DNA of 64,000 bases from Hydrolagus affinis (Eukaryota): assembly GCA_012026655.1 (NCBI GenBank), contig JAAILG010000390.1:1-64000 (forward strand), read 5' to 3'. The position numbers were made by a program, and so were the translations under genes. Each line of letters begins with the position of its first letter. Position 1 is the first letter of the stretch. Positions 49,386 through 62,403 of the stretch are shown here, piece by piece. The notes under the pieces were generated by a model. That model was not told the origin of the DNA. It was given only the letters and a program-made list of their open reading frames with translations, and did not search any database.

Positions 49386-51224
49386 AAGGTGGGAGAGCAA
49401 TTAAAACCAAGGTGGGTGAATAGCATTTGAATCGTTCTGCTTCACCAGATGCTGGCACCATGCGGGGCGAACCGTACCATGGGGAGAAAAAAATCAACTC
49501 CTTCGGGGAGGAAATAGTTATGAAAATTGTTGAGAAACTATTTGCTGTTGTGCAAATGAAAACATTTTCTTGGGAACATCAAGTATGTGATAGCAACTGG
49601 AACTGGAAGCATCCAGAACTCTGCCTTGATATAGTCGGTTTCTGGAGCGAGACTCCCTTATTTATTTATTAAGCCTTAAAAAGCACTGAAAATTCATTGA
49701 TGAACACAAACCAGGCATAGCAAGATCAAAAATCAATAGTCAAGCTTACATTATGCAGTCAAGTTTTCAACAATGGGGAAAAGGATATGGTACGTTTGTT
49801 CTATAATGATTAAGCAGTTAACAAGAACAATAATGAGTGCTGTATGAAATTAAATGGGTTGCATCCCAGAAATCCCAAGTGCTAACTGAGCAAATAATCA
49901 CTCACTGCTTTCTGGAACTGGAAGGAGCTGATAAGTAAATCGATAATTTTATCTGATGTTTGAGTGCTAAATGCATTGTGCACATTTCTTCACAATGCCA
50001 CTATGTCTTTTTGTGTGACATATTGAGAAATCGTATTCATCTCCAAGCAGAAATCCATTAGCAAGTTGCAAAGTTGAGAAAGTTTTTATCCATCTTGCTG
50101 CAAAATGCACTTTACGGAATCGGTAAAAAAAAAGGAAAAACTTCACTTTACAGTTCAGAGCAAGGCTACGGATGAATAATTATTGCATCGTAGGAAAATA
50201 TAAGTTTTGCTAAATAGAAAGAGAGAAATTGCTAACTAGATGTTGGAGTAAGTTTATAAGACCATTTGAGACCCAAGTGATAATCAGGTTAGGTTACCCA
50301 GTTCTGTGAATGGGAGGAGAAGCCACCTGGTCCAAACCTCTAGCCTATTGCACATTAACATTGTATTAATGTATGTACTTATTTATCTTTTGTATTTAGA
50401 TGCAGATCATTGTGTTACCTTAAGAGGATTCATTATGTACTTGCATTTGTCATCCCTTTTCTCTGCTTTGATTCTATTATGTAACTGTAGTATGATAGAA
50501 GAGGCTGTTCTAAATGGTCTGGTCACCCCATGGGGAAAGGGTTGAATGACCTTGACTTCCAAAAAGGAACATCTGAATTCCAGCAGGTAGTCCCTTAAGT
50601 ACTTTAATTAATATTAGGTAATATTTGCAGTACAATGGGAAAGTCGCCAAATGGTTACCGCAGTGTATAAAGTGGAGAAGAAATGAAGCTGAGAAACAAT
50701 TACCCAGTGTCACCAATGTCCACCTATCACTAAATGCCTTCTCAGCTGTGAAGCCTGAAGCTGACTCAAGATAATTGGAGAGAAACGTAGGACACATTTT
50801 TTTGCTACAATGACACATTCTTGCTCACGTTTTTATGCATTGAAGTAACGTCTAAGGCACGATTTTTCCCCTATTGATTGAATATCCTAAACCTAAATCA
50901 AGCAGATTATAGGTTGCTATTATGCAAACAACCTAGTTAATAAACTCAGTAAGTGGTGATTTCTAAGAATTACAGTATCAGTTAGAGTAGTAACTATCAA
51001 GCTTGAATTGCTGTGATTACTTTTTTGAAAAAAACAGAATATTGTTATGTTAAAGACACAAAATAGATTTGTTAGGTGTATAATGCCTTTTGCTTTGTAA
51101 TCTAAAGACATTGGCATTATCTTGTTTTACTGAGACAAAATAACATCGTTTGTTAAGGGAAAATTCCCATGATAAGCTCTCAATATCAAAGAGTGACTCA
51201 AGTTTCAAAGAAAAATCTATACAG

Positions 51225-51370
51225 CAATCCCCCTCTTTGTTTCTATTTAAGCATCGCTCACATGAGAATGTTAGGCAATAAATCTGTACAAAGTTTTTGT
51301 GAGGATATTCTCTCCCAGATCCAGGTGTAAAAGAAGCTGACGTTCTCAATTCATCTCAGCCTTGTCGTCA
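51225..51370 (-). mobile_element. Old CR1 ORF2 3' fragment
   Basis: 'cccctctttgtttctattt...ctaaagtttttgtgagg'-like segment 'aaagtttttgtgaggatattctctcccagatcc..gttctcaattcatctc' resembles reversed FLTxRxVxxW..F..ID. Confidence 0.35.
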
Positions 51371-51774
51371 CTGACAAACTGAACCTTGTTGATTGCATCT
51401 GCATCCACTAAAATAAGTGCTAACCAGACTACTCGACACTCAGGAGTGGTCAAGGGACTAATCCTGTCAGCAACAATTCAGGATGAAGTATTAAGAGTTG
51501 CACAACACAATACTATATTTAGCATCTTAATTATGATTTCCTTCACACACCATTGCCTTTGTAGCATCAGTTTGAACTGAACATATAAACAAACATTCCT
51601 GTGTTTGGCTGGACAGAAATCAAATTCCTACTTGTGCTGAATAATTCCAAATCAAATAAGAAATACGATTGCTTTTGCAACCCAAGGCTGATTTGGCTCC
51701 AGCAATCAAGTCTCTGTGTCCACCACTGGATCTTCTAGTTATGAATAGATGCAAAGGGATATCATTTCAATAGG

Positions 51775-52190
51775 AATAATGACAATCTTTGATTTGATAT
51801 AACGACCTTCATGTTGGGAGGATGCCTCGAAGCACTTCACAGGATACACTGCAAAGTGCAATGACTAAATGTTGAAGGTGAACGCAGCAGCCAATGAGCC
51901 AGTGTCTCACACACAGCCATAATGTGAAAGATCAATTTTACCCGGGGGATGAGTAGCCAAGTTACTTGGAGATACTCACTTTTCTCTTCAAAATGTTCCA
52001 TGGGAGCTTTACCGTCCACCTCAATAGTTAAACAAAACCTCGTTTTTTATGTGTCACCTGAAGGATGGAACCTCCAGCAATGAGTTGAAGTATCAATTTA
52101 ACCTAGGCTATATGAGTTCAAAGTTCCAACATGGCCTCGAACCCAGAACCTTCTGACTCAGAGGTGAGAAAGCTACCAACATGGACACTT
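51775..52190 (-). mobile_element. Older DeuSINE, near full length, diverged
   Basis: Tail 'aagcacttcacaggatacactgcaaagtg', head 'cctcgaacccagaaccttctgactcagaggtgagaaagctaccaac'. Confidence 0.7.
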
Positions 52191-53199
52191 AATTTAAATC
52201 CCAGTGGAGGTGTTCAATCAAAAATTGACTAAGAAAATGTAAAGGTTTACATTGTAAAGGAGGGTCTCTGCATAAAGCTACATAGTTACAACAACAACAA
52301 ATAATTACAGTTATTCCTCCTGGAGAAAGCTTCAGTGGGACAACATTTTACTATAGTTGGTTTAAAAACGGAGTCAGTTGAGTGTTGTATGTGAATAATT
52401 AAATAAATAAATTATTATTTTGAAAAGTAACACTACTTGGATGCCAGGGTAACAGTCTTAATGTATTTGTAGAATATTACAACAAACAGTACAAAATTCT
52501 AATTCAGAACAAACAATGTTAAATACTTTTATCTTACTTTTTCTCTCCATTCGTACCATTTTTAAATGCGTCTTGCATGTTTCTTAGACTAATATTGAAA
52601 TACACTAGTTCTATCAGTTTTTCCTATCCTATCTTATTTTGTTTTGCGAGCCTCACACAATCCAACATTCTTTTTGGAGGTGAGACTAGGTTGAAATAAT
52701 TGAATGAACTCTAAGGGCTGGGTGGGGTGGGGGTTTTCTCCAGTCTATCAACGCCTGGATGTAAGGTTAACAGGTACGCATCAAAGATACCACCAGTCTA
52801 CGGCTGTGATCTTTCAGTCTAACAAAAGATCTCCCAGGGGATGAGTGTTCTCATCCGCAGTCATAGCAGCCCTAGCCAAATAACTCCACTGCAACTTTTA
52901 TGATCAATGGTATTTCTGCAGCAAGAACCTGTCAGAAATACTGGCGAGAACAAAGTTCACCTACCCCCATCCTACATTTAGTATCTTTTCATAGGGGAGG
53001 AGGTTTCACAGCAGTCTCTGAGTTCAGGGTGGAAGAGCAAAGATCTTTAGATATAACTCATCTTGGAAATACATTCTACAGCCAAATAGAGTGGCAACAT
53101 CTGTAAATATATAGGACTAACTGATTTCTATCAGCTTTCAGTTCTGAGAGACTGCAAAATGCTGCCTATCTGGTATAGAAGATTAGGAGTTAAGAAAAG

Positions 53200-53530
53200 C
53201 AGTGAGGAACAAGACACCAACCTTTCTAGTTCAGGAGATTGATGATTCTGAAAATCGTAGCTGTCAGAATAATCTTAGAGTGGTTGGATTGCCAAAAGGT
53301 TCTAAAGTGTAAATGTGGTTAGCTTTACTCAAAGATGGCTTCTTAACTAACATAGCAGCCAGGAGCCAAGAATCATTACATTAGAAAGTATGCAAGCACC
53401 TCACTTCTGTCTTCAGCAGGTTCAACACACTGACCTTGAGACTGCTGGTGATATCCTTCAGAAGGAAAGGGATATTGGAAATGATTAGAAAGATATGTTA
53501 TTTTTGAAAGGAAACTGCATTACAGTAGGT
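53200..53530 (+). mobile_element. L1-clade LINE ORF1 relic
   Basis: 53235-53303 translates EIDDSENRSCQNNLRVVGLPKGS, matching the L1 ORF1p motif (I)DDLENRSRRNNLRIVGLPEG; outer boundaries uncertain. Confidence 0.7.
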
Positions 53531-55559
53531 GGCTTGAAATGTTCTCTTAAAAAAGAGAAAGCAACTACTGTAAATTGATAGCAGTGGAAATCATAGTTAG
53601 ATATTAATTAAGCTTCTTTATATCAAGCTAATATCAGAGGCACAAACTGTCTGCTTTTATTTCCTTAAAGTAGGTCTAAAACGTGGCTCTTGGAGAAAAA
53701 CGCAAGCAACCAAAGATTCAACTGCCAAGTTATTCCAATAGCTCATTATAGTTCACGGTAATACATTTGCACTCTATTTCTCTTGATGCACACGCACTAC
53801 CACGTTTCACTCACAAAATGCACAGTCAATTCACAATAGAATTCTGTGAAGTGCTTTGATAGGAAGGCTGAGGTATAGAGGAAGAGTGTTCCAGAGTTTT
53901 GTGGTATAGTGGCTCAAAGCACAGTCACCAACGGTTCATTTCATATCCCTTGATTTGGACTTTTTATAGTCTTCCTCATCTGTAAAGGCATTTCCCTAGC
54001 CAGCATTAGCTTGAAATAAGCTTTTCCAATCGGTTTTATTATGATGCATCCTCTCCCTCGTTTTTTGTCCTTTACCTTACCTTTTCCCAACAATATTTAC
54101 CGGTAAGATATGAATTTATGCATGAACTGAAACCTGCTTATGTGGCACTATAAAATATTGATCACATAGGTTGAACTGTGCTCCTGATTGTGGAATAGTT
54201 ATTTCTGTCGGCTGCCATTCCCATTGTTACTTCAGAAGATTATTTTTATTTCAATTCCACTCATTCTCTTAAAAATAAAACTGTGAGTCTCTCTGCGATT
54301 ACGTTACTTTCTGATGAGGCAAGTTGTTTAAGCTTTATTCCACAGCTGACCTTTTGGTCCATCATCTGCGAACGGCTAACATTGACAAAAAATGCCTCAA
54401 AGTGAAAGAGTCCTATTCTCCAGGGATGCCAACTCTCACATTGGAAATTGATTTTACCTGGCTCATCAGTATTTATAAGTAGAATATAGAAAAAACACCT
54501 GCCTTAAGTTTGCTGTCACTGCAATAAAATGCACTTTATAATATATTTTGTATACCACTACTAACATCTATTCAATTCATATTTTATTTCTTCATTCCAC
54601 CAGCTTCTCTTGGTTTCTGATTGCTTTGCAATGTCAATAGTATTGCTATAATCCTTTCTCTGAAACACAATAGACTTATGAATATTCTTTGTTTCCTTTT
54701 TATACTAAAGTCTTCAGGTTGCATTTCAATTCCTGAGAGTGGAAATCGACTTTTAAATACCAAACTAGGTGAAACTATGTAGTTTGACAAACTTGCCCAG
54801 TGATCCAGCACAACAACAACAACAAAAATTAGATGTTTGAATGCCTTTCATATCGGGAGGATGTCCCAAGGCGCTTAACAGTACTGATCAGCACTCACTT
54901 TACCAATATCTGTGGCATGAATTATAGTTGCCATTTCTATCTGTATCCTGGTATGAATCCAAGGTCTCAGGAAAAGTAGATTTTGTACCAAATGGATTCA
55001 CCTACATCCATAGTGTTTGTTCTTTTCTATAACAATTGTATAGTGATAACAACTGAAGATAGTAAAAGATGTATGTTCTTATCAACCTAATTGTTCCCTC
55101 CTTTATTCAGTCCAGGGATGTTATCAGCCAAATCTCCATTGAGCCCTCAAATAATTTAAAATTTGGCATTGCGGCCATATTGAGAACAATATTAATGAAA
55201 TGGACTCATCAATTGATTTATTATGTTAACTTACACTGAAAGAACATGAGAAATTAACAGAAATTTTAATTTTCAGTAGAATTTTCCCACAACATTCCAA
55301 ATAAATGTTTGTTCTTTCAATCTTATTTAACAAAATTGCAATAGTATTTAGATCAAAATGAATTAGCAAGTTGAAGACCTATCAATCATTCGAATACATT
55401 TCAATTAAAAGAGGCATTGCCTTGCTCAGAATAAGTGTAATGTTATTGATTGATACCGACTTATTATTGCTTGGTTATTTGCTTGGTAACAGTGAGCTGG
55501 TTAATCTTATTACAAATATAGTGCAATACAATCACTAGAGGAACATTTTATAACATTTT

Positions 55560-55864
55560 ACAACCCTTGCATTTGATATACCCCCTTTACACATCTTCTA
55601 GACATCTCAAAGCACTTCACAGAATAGACTGTAAAGTGAATTGATCGTATATTTTATGGGCGAAATGCGGCAGGGAATTGCGCACAGCAGCGTCCCACAA
55701 ACAGTCATGGATTGAAATGACCCATTCATTATTATTGTTTATATTAGAGGGATTATTATAAGGCATGTGGAGTATGGAAACATTCCCAAGGTTTCGCCCT
55801 GACTTGGAATTGAACCCAATTCGCGAGGCGAGTGTACTTAACCACTGAGCTACAGGACTCCACA
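55560..55864 (-). mobile_element. tRNA SINE, full length
   Basis: Ends 'aaccactgagctacaggactccaca'; B box (reverse complement) 'gggttcaattcc'; core and tail present. Confidence 0.9.
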
Positions 55865-55989
55865 AGGACTCAATTTTCTCAATTTTAGTGGCCTAATGTG
55901 TAAATGTTTAATTCTTCATCTATTAAGAAAATATACACAATGTATTCGTACCCGTCAAAAGCAAATGGTAAAAAGAAACCTCAAATATT

Positions 55990-56090
55990 AGTGAGAATGG
56001 GACTAAATAAACAAAATAGCTCTTTCAAAGGGCCAGCACAGGGGCAATAGGCCAAATGGCCTCCACCTTTGTGGTAAATGTCTGTGATTT
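55990..56090 (+). mobile_element. CR1 3' terminus
   Basis: 'atagctctttcaaagggccagcacaggggcaataggccaaatggcctcc'. Confidence 0.55.
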
Positions 56091-56909
56091 AGACAATCTT
56101 AAGCCCTATATCATCTCTTGATGTTTAAATAGTCTATTTGAAATTCAACTCCACAGTTATATAATTAATGGAAAACTCAAAACTGTTTCAAGTTGCACAC
56201 AGCTCCTCCAGTTCTCAGTTCCTAGTGCAAATTAGTGTTTTTTTTCTCATTTGATCAACATAGCAATAACACATTTCAAAGTTGATGTTCTCAACTGATA
56301 GGATGCTTGTAAGACGTACAGACTGCTGGCTAAATTACTGTTGTTGAACAGTTTTATATTTACATGATGTATTCAGGAATGCAGACTGGGACTAATTTTC
56401 AACTGCATTCAGCCCCAGAATGTGCCTCAGTTAATTCCCCAAGAACAGCATATTTTAATAATTTGTCACGGTACTGGTCAGATTTTCTGTCTGAATCACT
56501 CATGAGACATTATAAATATAAATATATTTTAAAATTGGCAGTTCAGGAAGGAAGTGAAGCGTGAGTGCTTCTGTCGCACACAGTTAGGATAAACCTGTAT
56601 TTCCACAACCGAATATTGCTTGATAATATTTGGGGAGCCAAAAAGCCTAGAATTGACAACTTCTTAAGCTATCTACTAGTTGCTAGCTTTGATCCATGGT
56701 TACTGATATTTTAGGATGCGAGAAAGAGCAAAATTCATGTTCAATCAGAGCAAAAGATACTTTATTGAAGCTATGTTTCAAATTTGACCTTCAGCATCTT
56801 GTGATGGATGGGAACTGGATAGCGTCACCATTCCTTAGCACAAGATAACTCAGTCTGGGTACATATAGACAAAATTAGGTTCAATTGTGTTTAAGCACAG
56901 GGTCAAATA

Positions 56910-57220
56910 GTGCAGTCCTGTAGCTCAGTGGTTAAAGCACTCACCCTACGGGTGAGAGACCTGGGTTCAATTCCAGACAGGACAAAACTTTGGGCAATTT
57001 CCTACGCTTCACTCGCCTAATAGTAATCCCTAAAAAAAAAATATTATAAATTGGTAATTTCAATCCACGACTGTTTGTGGGGCACTGCTGTGCAGAATTG
57101 GCTGCCACGTTTTGCCCAGAAAATATGCAGCCAATTAACTTTACAGTATATTCTTTGAGATGTTCTAGAAGACATGAAAAGCGCTTTATCAAACGCAAGG
57201 GTTATGATATTATTATTATT
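56910..57220 (+). mobile_element. tRNA SINE, full length
   Basis: 'gtcctgtagctcagtggttaaagcac...gggttcaattcc', core, tail (att)n. Confidence 0.9.
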
Positions 57221-58787
57221 AGCAATGAATCCTCAGATTGAAAACTGAAAGAGTAGCCATTGGAGTGAGGTGTCACAGAGTCATTACTGCTTATGAAACA
57301 ACTCACTCATATTCCAACATGAGTTCCTGCCTTCGAGGCATGAAATAGATCAACTTGCAATGCAAGAGGAGAGGAGCGCTATGCTTCAAGCACTCTAGAA
57401 GGCTACCATACAGAAGGGCTGCTATGCAGAACACAAGTTGTTGTTGATAGAGGAGAGATTTAGAGTTGAGGTGAAGAGAGACATACCGATGAAGAAAAAA
57501 GCACAAACATCAGTTACAAGTTGGAAGAATCGGGAGGGGGAGGAAATCAGTGGATAAAACAAATCACGTCTTTAAGTATGCAAAAAAAAATCTATGCTGC
57601 AGTAGATGTTTATTTAAAAGAAAAAGAAATTGGCACTAGGTTACTGGTTGTAGCATTCTCCCTTCAAACCAGTCTCTCAAGCTGCCCGATTACAATACAC
57701 ACAGCACGCTACTGCGATTCTACCACATAATTGTGCCTTGTACATCATCTTCTGACATCCACAGGCAGTCACTCGGATAGCAACCCACATAGATCTAATA
57801 CCCATATACCACAAGGTTCTGATTTTGATCAGTTATCTTGAACTAGTGTTGTCCTACCATGGCCTGGAAATGTAGCCACAATGCAGCAAACTCACTTCTT
57901 ATTCTTATTCTGACCAGAGAAAGGCATTGGGGAATTTGCGCACTGATTTTTTGTGAACTGCAGCAATCCAAGGTCAATTTAACTTAATTATTATCTCCAT
58001 TCATTTGTATAATAATGAATCTACTGAGAAACATCAGTAGAACATAATTTATTTATAAACCTCTGGCGTAACACATTCATACCGATCAACTCTCCATCAA
58101 GTTGGCCCAAATGTTCCGAAACGCCTCGGAAAATAGACTTTCTATTTACATCAGAATTCATAAAGAATGTTTTGCAAAGGTTTCAAACAAAATTACCATT
58201 TCATTCTCGAAAGCATCTCTTTTAGATGGCAATATTTGAGCCGTTAATTTGCAATACCTTTCTGAAGTACACAGTGGAGACATATGGTGCAGAATTAATT
58301 GAATGTACAACACTAAAGGGACAAAACGTCAAATCAACACATTATACAGATTTGATATTTATATTTATAACATTGGTTGCTTGTATGAGGTTGATACTCT
58401 TGAGATGAGTGCTTGGCAATATAGTTAGATGATGGTAATGGGCAGAAATAATGCTAATGCAGATGTGCCTCTCATGGAGCTTGTCTCTTTTATTTTATTT
58501 GTCGCAGCTTTTCCACATGAAGGAGGCTGATCAATATTCACACTGTAGTCCTCCTTCCCGTCTTGGGAGTTTGTATTCAATTCCGAAACAGTTTTGTTCC
58601 ATTTTGGTGAGATTTATAACAACAACAAAACAACTTGCATTAATATAGTGCCCCTCTCGCAGGGTAGCGTCCCAGAACACCTGAATTTAAATTTAGTTTC
58701 AGATGACTCAGTTTGCCTCCAAGTACATTCTCTGCAGGAAAATCATGTGAAACACTTTGAAACATCCTCCTAACATGAAAGGCAGGG

Positions 58788-58839
58788 ATTATTTAAGACA
58801 TTATTTAAGACATTATTTAAGACATTATTTTAATGTCTT
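58788..58839. repeat. 12-bp tandem repeat x3.5 ending in a 9-bp inverted repeat
   Basis: (attatttaagac)3 attattt; aagacatta-ttt-taatgtctt at 58819-58839; directly follows an L2/SINE tail remnant. Confidence 0.85.
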
Positions 58840-59569
58840 CACTGCCCTGACCAAATTTCCCAATTCTACCATATATTATTATTATTGGCTGATTTTGGAC
58901 ACCAACTGTTGGTGCACATTTCCCCACCATTGTTAGATTCTGCATGTTGTTAAAACTAGTCGTGCTTCACCATTTATGTCAATTTTTAAGGATGATTTTG
59001 GCAAAGCCTCGGCTTTTATTCTCCACGGTTTCTTTTGTCACTTTGCGATCACTTGTTGTTTGCCATTGAACTTATGGTCACTCATGTGCAATGTCATCAT
59101 CTAGGCAGGTCACAAACAAACATTTGCATTTGTGACCAATCGAACCTTCGTGTCCAATGTCGTGTGTTTTTTTCTTGCTGAGCATGGTTTCTGAAGCGCT
59201 CTGTTGATTTGTGACCTCCTGCACGCAATGTGTGGCATGTTGATAGGCCGAATGCGATCATGGAAGTGCTCAGTTTGAAGCCCTGGGCTTGAATGCATCA
59301 CTGAAACCTTTAACACATCTGTCAGGTTGTTTTAATGAGTCTAGTGTTAGGTTTGTTCATATCTGTCAAGTAAACGGTGCTGCGATAAATCAGCTTCAAT
59401 AGGCATCACCCTATGGGGCTGGAACTGTGGGATGGAAAACTCTGTGCAATACCTAGGTTTCTCCAATGTTTGATATGAGTAAGAAAGTAGACCTCCAGGC
59501 ATCCGCGATTACAGAATGTTAAGGTGCCATTCATTTCTGCATGTTCTAATTGAAAATATCGAAGCAACA

Positions 59570-59890
59570 GCAGCAAATTACAACTACATTTACATTGTGC
59601 CTTGCATGTGAGGATGACATCTCTAAGGGCTTCACACAACCAACTAAAAATTCAAACTAGGTTTGGGCACAAGGGCTCAGAAGAAGGCGACCAAAAGCGA
59701 GGTCAAAAAGATAGATTTTAAAATGGACTTTAAAGCTTAGGAGGGTGGGTACAAGTCAGAGGGACTCCAAGGTAAGAATTCCAGAGAGATTGAAAGCTCA
59801 CACATTGATGGTGAGTTTGATCGTACGAGGGGCTGGGGATGCGGTTATAAAACAGTCAATGTTTGCCAAGCAAAGGAAGCAAAGGACGCG
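59570..59890 (-). mobile_element. Old L2 3' end
   Basis: 'tacatttacattgtgccttgcatgtgaggatgacatctctaagggcttcac', 'gaccaaaagcgaggtcaaaaagatagattttaa' (reversed LKxYLFDxAFG), 'gaattccagag'. Confidence 0.65.
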
Positions 59891-60513
59891 GCCAGGGCAA
59901 AAGGTGGCATGGTACTTCAAAACATACTTAAAGATTCGAAAACTATTATGCCAAATACAAAAAGAGGTGTACACAATGTTTTCTGCTTCTTCTTTGTATT
60001 CCAGTTAATTATTTCCCTTTGTACGTGGAGTGGGTTATTCAAACAAATAGTGAATGTACTGAGCCCTGCATAACTTCCTAAGTGCTCTCCAGTGTTGTCC
60101 AGAATAGACAAACTCAGAAGTAAGGCTGCCAATTTGCCTGTATTTGGAATGGAATATGGATTTTCTCACTGGAGAGACAGACCCTGCTTACCAAATTCCA
60201 GATGTAGTAGTTAATTCAAGCACAGGTTAGTGATAGCCAAGATATGTCCTTATGGAGTTTAATCAGCTAAAATGCCTGTCAAGTAAACGGTGAAGTTTAG
60301 AAGTTGAGAGCACAGTAGTTGAGAGCTTCCTGTTGCTTGTTGAGTTCGGGCAACCCTACCGGTCAGGGCTTTGTTTTGCAGGTTTAAGAGTTTAGTGAGC
60401 AGACTGCTTATTTCCAGTAACCGGACCAGTCCGACCTCCAAATCCTGCCAATGAGTTAGGCTAATCTGTCTGTCATCAGTAGTGCCCTGAAGTACTGTCT
60501 AAGACAATTAGAT

Positions 60514-60572
60514 AAACAACAACAACTTCGATTTATATAGCACCCTCCACGCCGGACGGCGTCTCAGGGCCT
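60514..60572 (-). mobile_element. Very short L2 family B 3' terminus
   Basis: (aac)n-'ttcgatttatatagcaccctccacgccggacggcgtctcaggg'. Confidence 0.85.
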
Positions 60573-60579
60573 TCGAACA

Positions 60580-60718
60580 CATGCAGAGGAAAGTTATTCA
60601 AGGATACGGGGGAAAGAGCAAGGGTTAGAATTGATGGCTTCAAGGAGAAGCAAGTCGTAACCCCCAAAATGGGCCAAATGGCATCGTTCTGTGTCATACA
60701 TTTGCATGGTTCTATTAT
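60580..60718 (+). mobile_element. CR1 3' terminus, diverged
   Basis: 'caaggatacgggggaaagagca...atgggccaaatggcatcgttctgtg...catggttcta'. Confidence 0.55.
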
Positions 60719-61062
60719 CGTACAAGGTGGGATTAGTATCCTAATTTACATCCACTAATATGAATTGGTTTTAAATTATCGGGAACAGCAACTTTAATAT
60801 GAAATAACTTACAAGCAGTGATTGTATATAGTACAGGACTATGTGGTGCTTTATTTTTACTGAAACACATTAATAATAATATAAATTACATTTGGTACAG
60901 TGCCTTTCACATAAGGAAGATGTCTCAAAGACCTCCACAGGATGTACTGTAAAATGCAGCGTTCGTGTTTTGTGGGTGAACACAACAATTTCTGTACAGC
61001 AATGCACCACAATGAGCCATGACGTAAATGACCTTCTTGAATGTATCCAATGACTGTATATC

Positions 61063-61597
61063 CTCGCCAGTCTCCCCTCCACCACAATCCATAAAATCCA
61101 ACTCATTCAAAACTCTGCCGCCCAATTACTCACCCACACCAAACTTCGCTCCCCCATTACCCCAGTCCTTGCCAGACTTCACTGGCTCCCTGTCCCTGAG
61201 AGGATCAACTTCAAGATCCTCACCCTTGTCTTCAAATCCCTCCACTCCTTTGCACCCACCTACCTCTCTGACTTCCTCTCTCCTCAAACCAGCTCCCGCT
61301 GCCTTCGCTCCACTGGGTCTGGCCTCCTCCATGTCCTCCGAATCCTCCGCTCCACCCTTGGCGGCTGTGGCTTCAGCCACTATGCCCTGAGGCTCTTGAA
61401 TTCCCTTCTTCACTCCCTTTGCCTCGTCCCCTCTTTTCTCAGCTTCAGGTCCGAGCTGAAGACCTTTCTCTTCGACCGAGCCTTTGGTCACCTTTCTACC
61501 CCTGCCCCTGGTTCGGTCCCGGGATCCGCTACTGTGAAGCGCTCTGAGACGTCGTCCGGCGTGGACGACATTATATAGATCAAAGTTGTTGTTGTTG
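61063..61597 (+). mobile_element. L2 LINE 5'-truncated copy (family B)
   Basis: Collinear with 18830-19358 (HKIQLIQNSAA, RLHWLPVPERINFKILTLVFKSLH, LKTFLFDRAFG); (ttg)n tail. Confidence 0.93.
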
Positions 61598-62403
61598 TAT
61601 CCTATTATGACAAGAATTAGTTACTCCAAATTCGAATGCATTCTTCTGAATACACAGCTTAAAATCAAGCATTAACCACATACCATTTGTACCTGTTTAA
61701 TAACCAAATTCTCGCAAATTTACTAAATGGATCTTGATTTGGTTTACATCCAACAATAGATACAAATAAATAATTTATTACCATAGTGATTCTGCTTGAT
61801 TGCACTGGTAGTACATACCCTGCAGAAAAGAACGCGACAGACAGACATATCTGATCAGGAATCAGGCACTGAGCTTATGGATAAATGGCACAGATGCCTC
61901 ACAACAGACTTTCATACTGTCTACTAGAATGGCAACACAAGGGAGATGGAGAGAGAGAGTTTCCACAAGATGAGATTGACAGTGATGTAGTTAAGAGATG
62001 TCAAGATGAAAATCCAAACAAGAGATGTGATACAAGTTCCAGAGAGCTACCATGATTCGTGGATTTTTTTTTTTACTGGCACTACATGAGAATTGATCTC
62101 GAAATAAACGATGTGACAGTAATGGACTCATCAGTGAATATCTTCTTTGACATTTGTGGCACACCAGAACATAAAACTAACAGTTCAGTCAAGAACACGT
62201 AAATGACTATTACAAGAATAAACTAAATGAAAAGTGGGGCAAAATATAATTTTTCAATTTTCCAATACTGTTTCCCTCCATATTTCACATCTCAAGAAAA
62301 ATAACTTTTTCTCTGCACCTTCTGAACAACTCATTGTATGGAGTCACGAGAGTGCAACCTTCCCACTTATAATAGATGCATTTGAATCTCAGTGACTATC
62401 TTA

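Noticed and set aside
54310-54345. Other CTGATGA boxes (also 17061-17068 on -, 19419, 38648)
   Set aside because: None is followed by a helix II and GAAA; expected by chance.
59108-59137. Hairpin ggtcacaaa/tttgtgacc as a miRNA precursor
   Set aside because: A 9-bp stem is too short, and I recognise no mature miRNA sequence.
60121-60358. Possible hAT-type MITE with taaggctgcc / ggcaacccta ends
   Set aside because: TIR match is short and imperfect and no 8-bp target duplication is visible.
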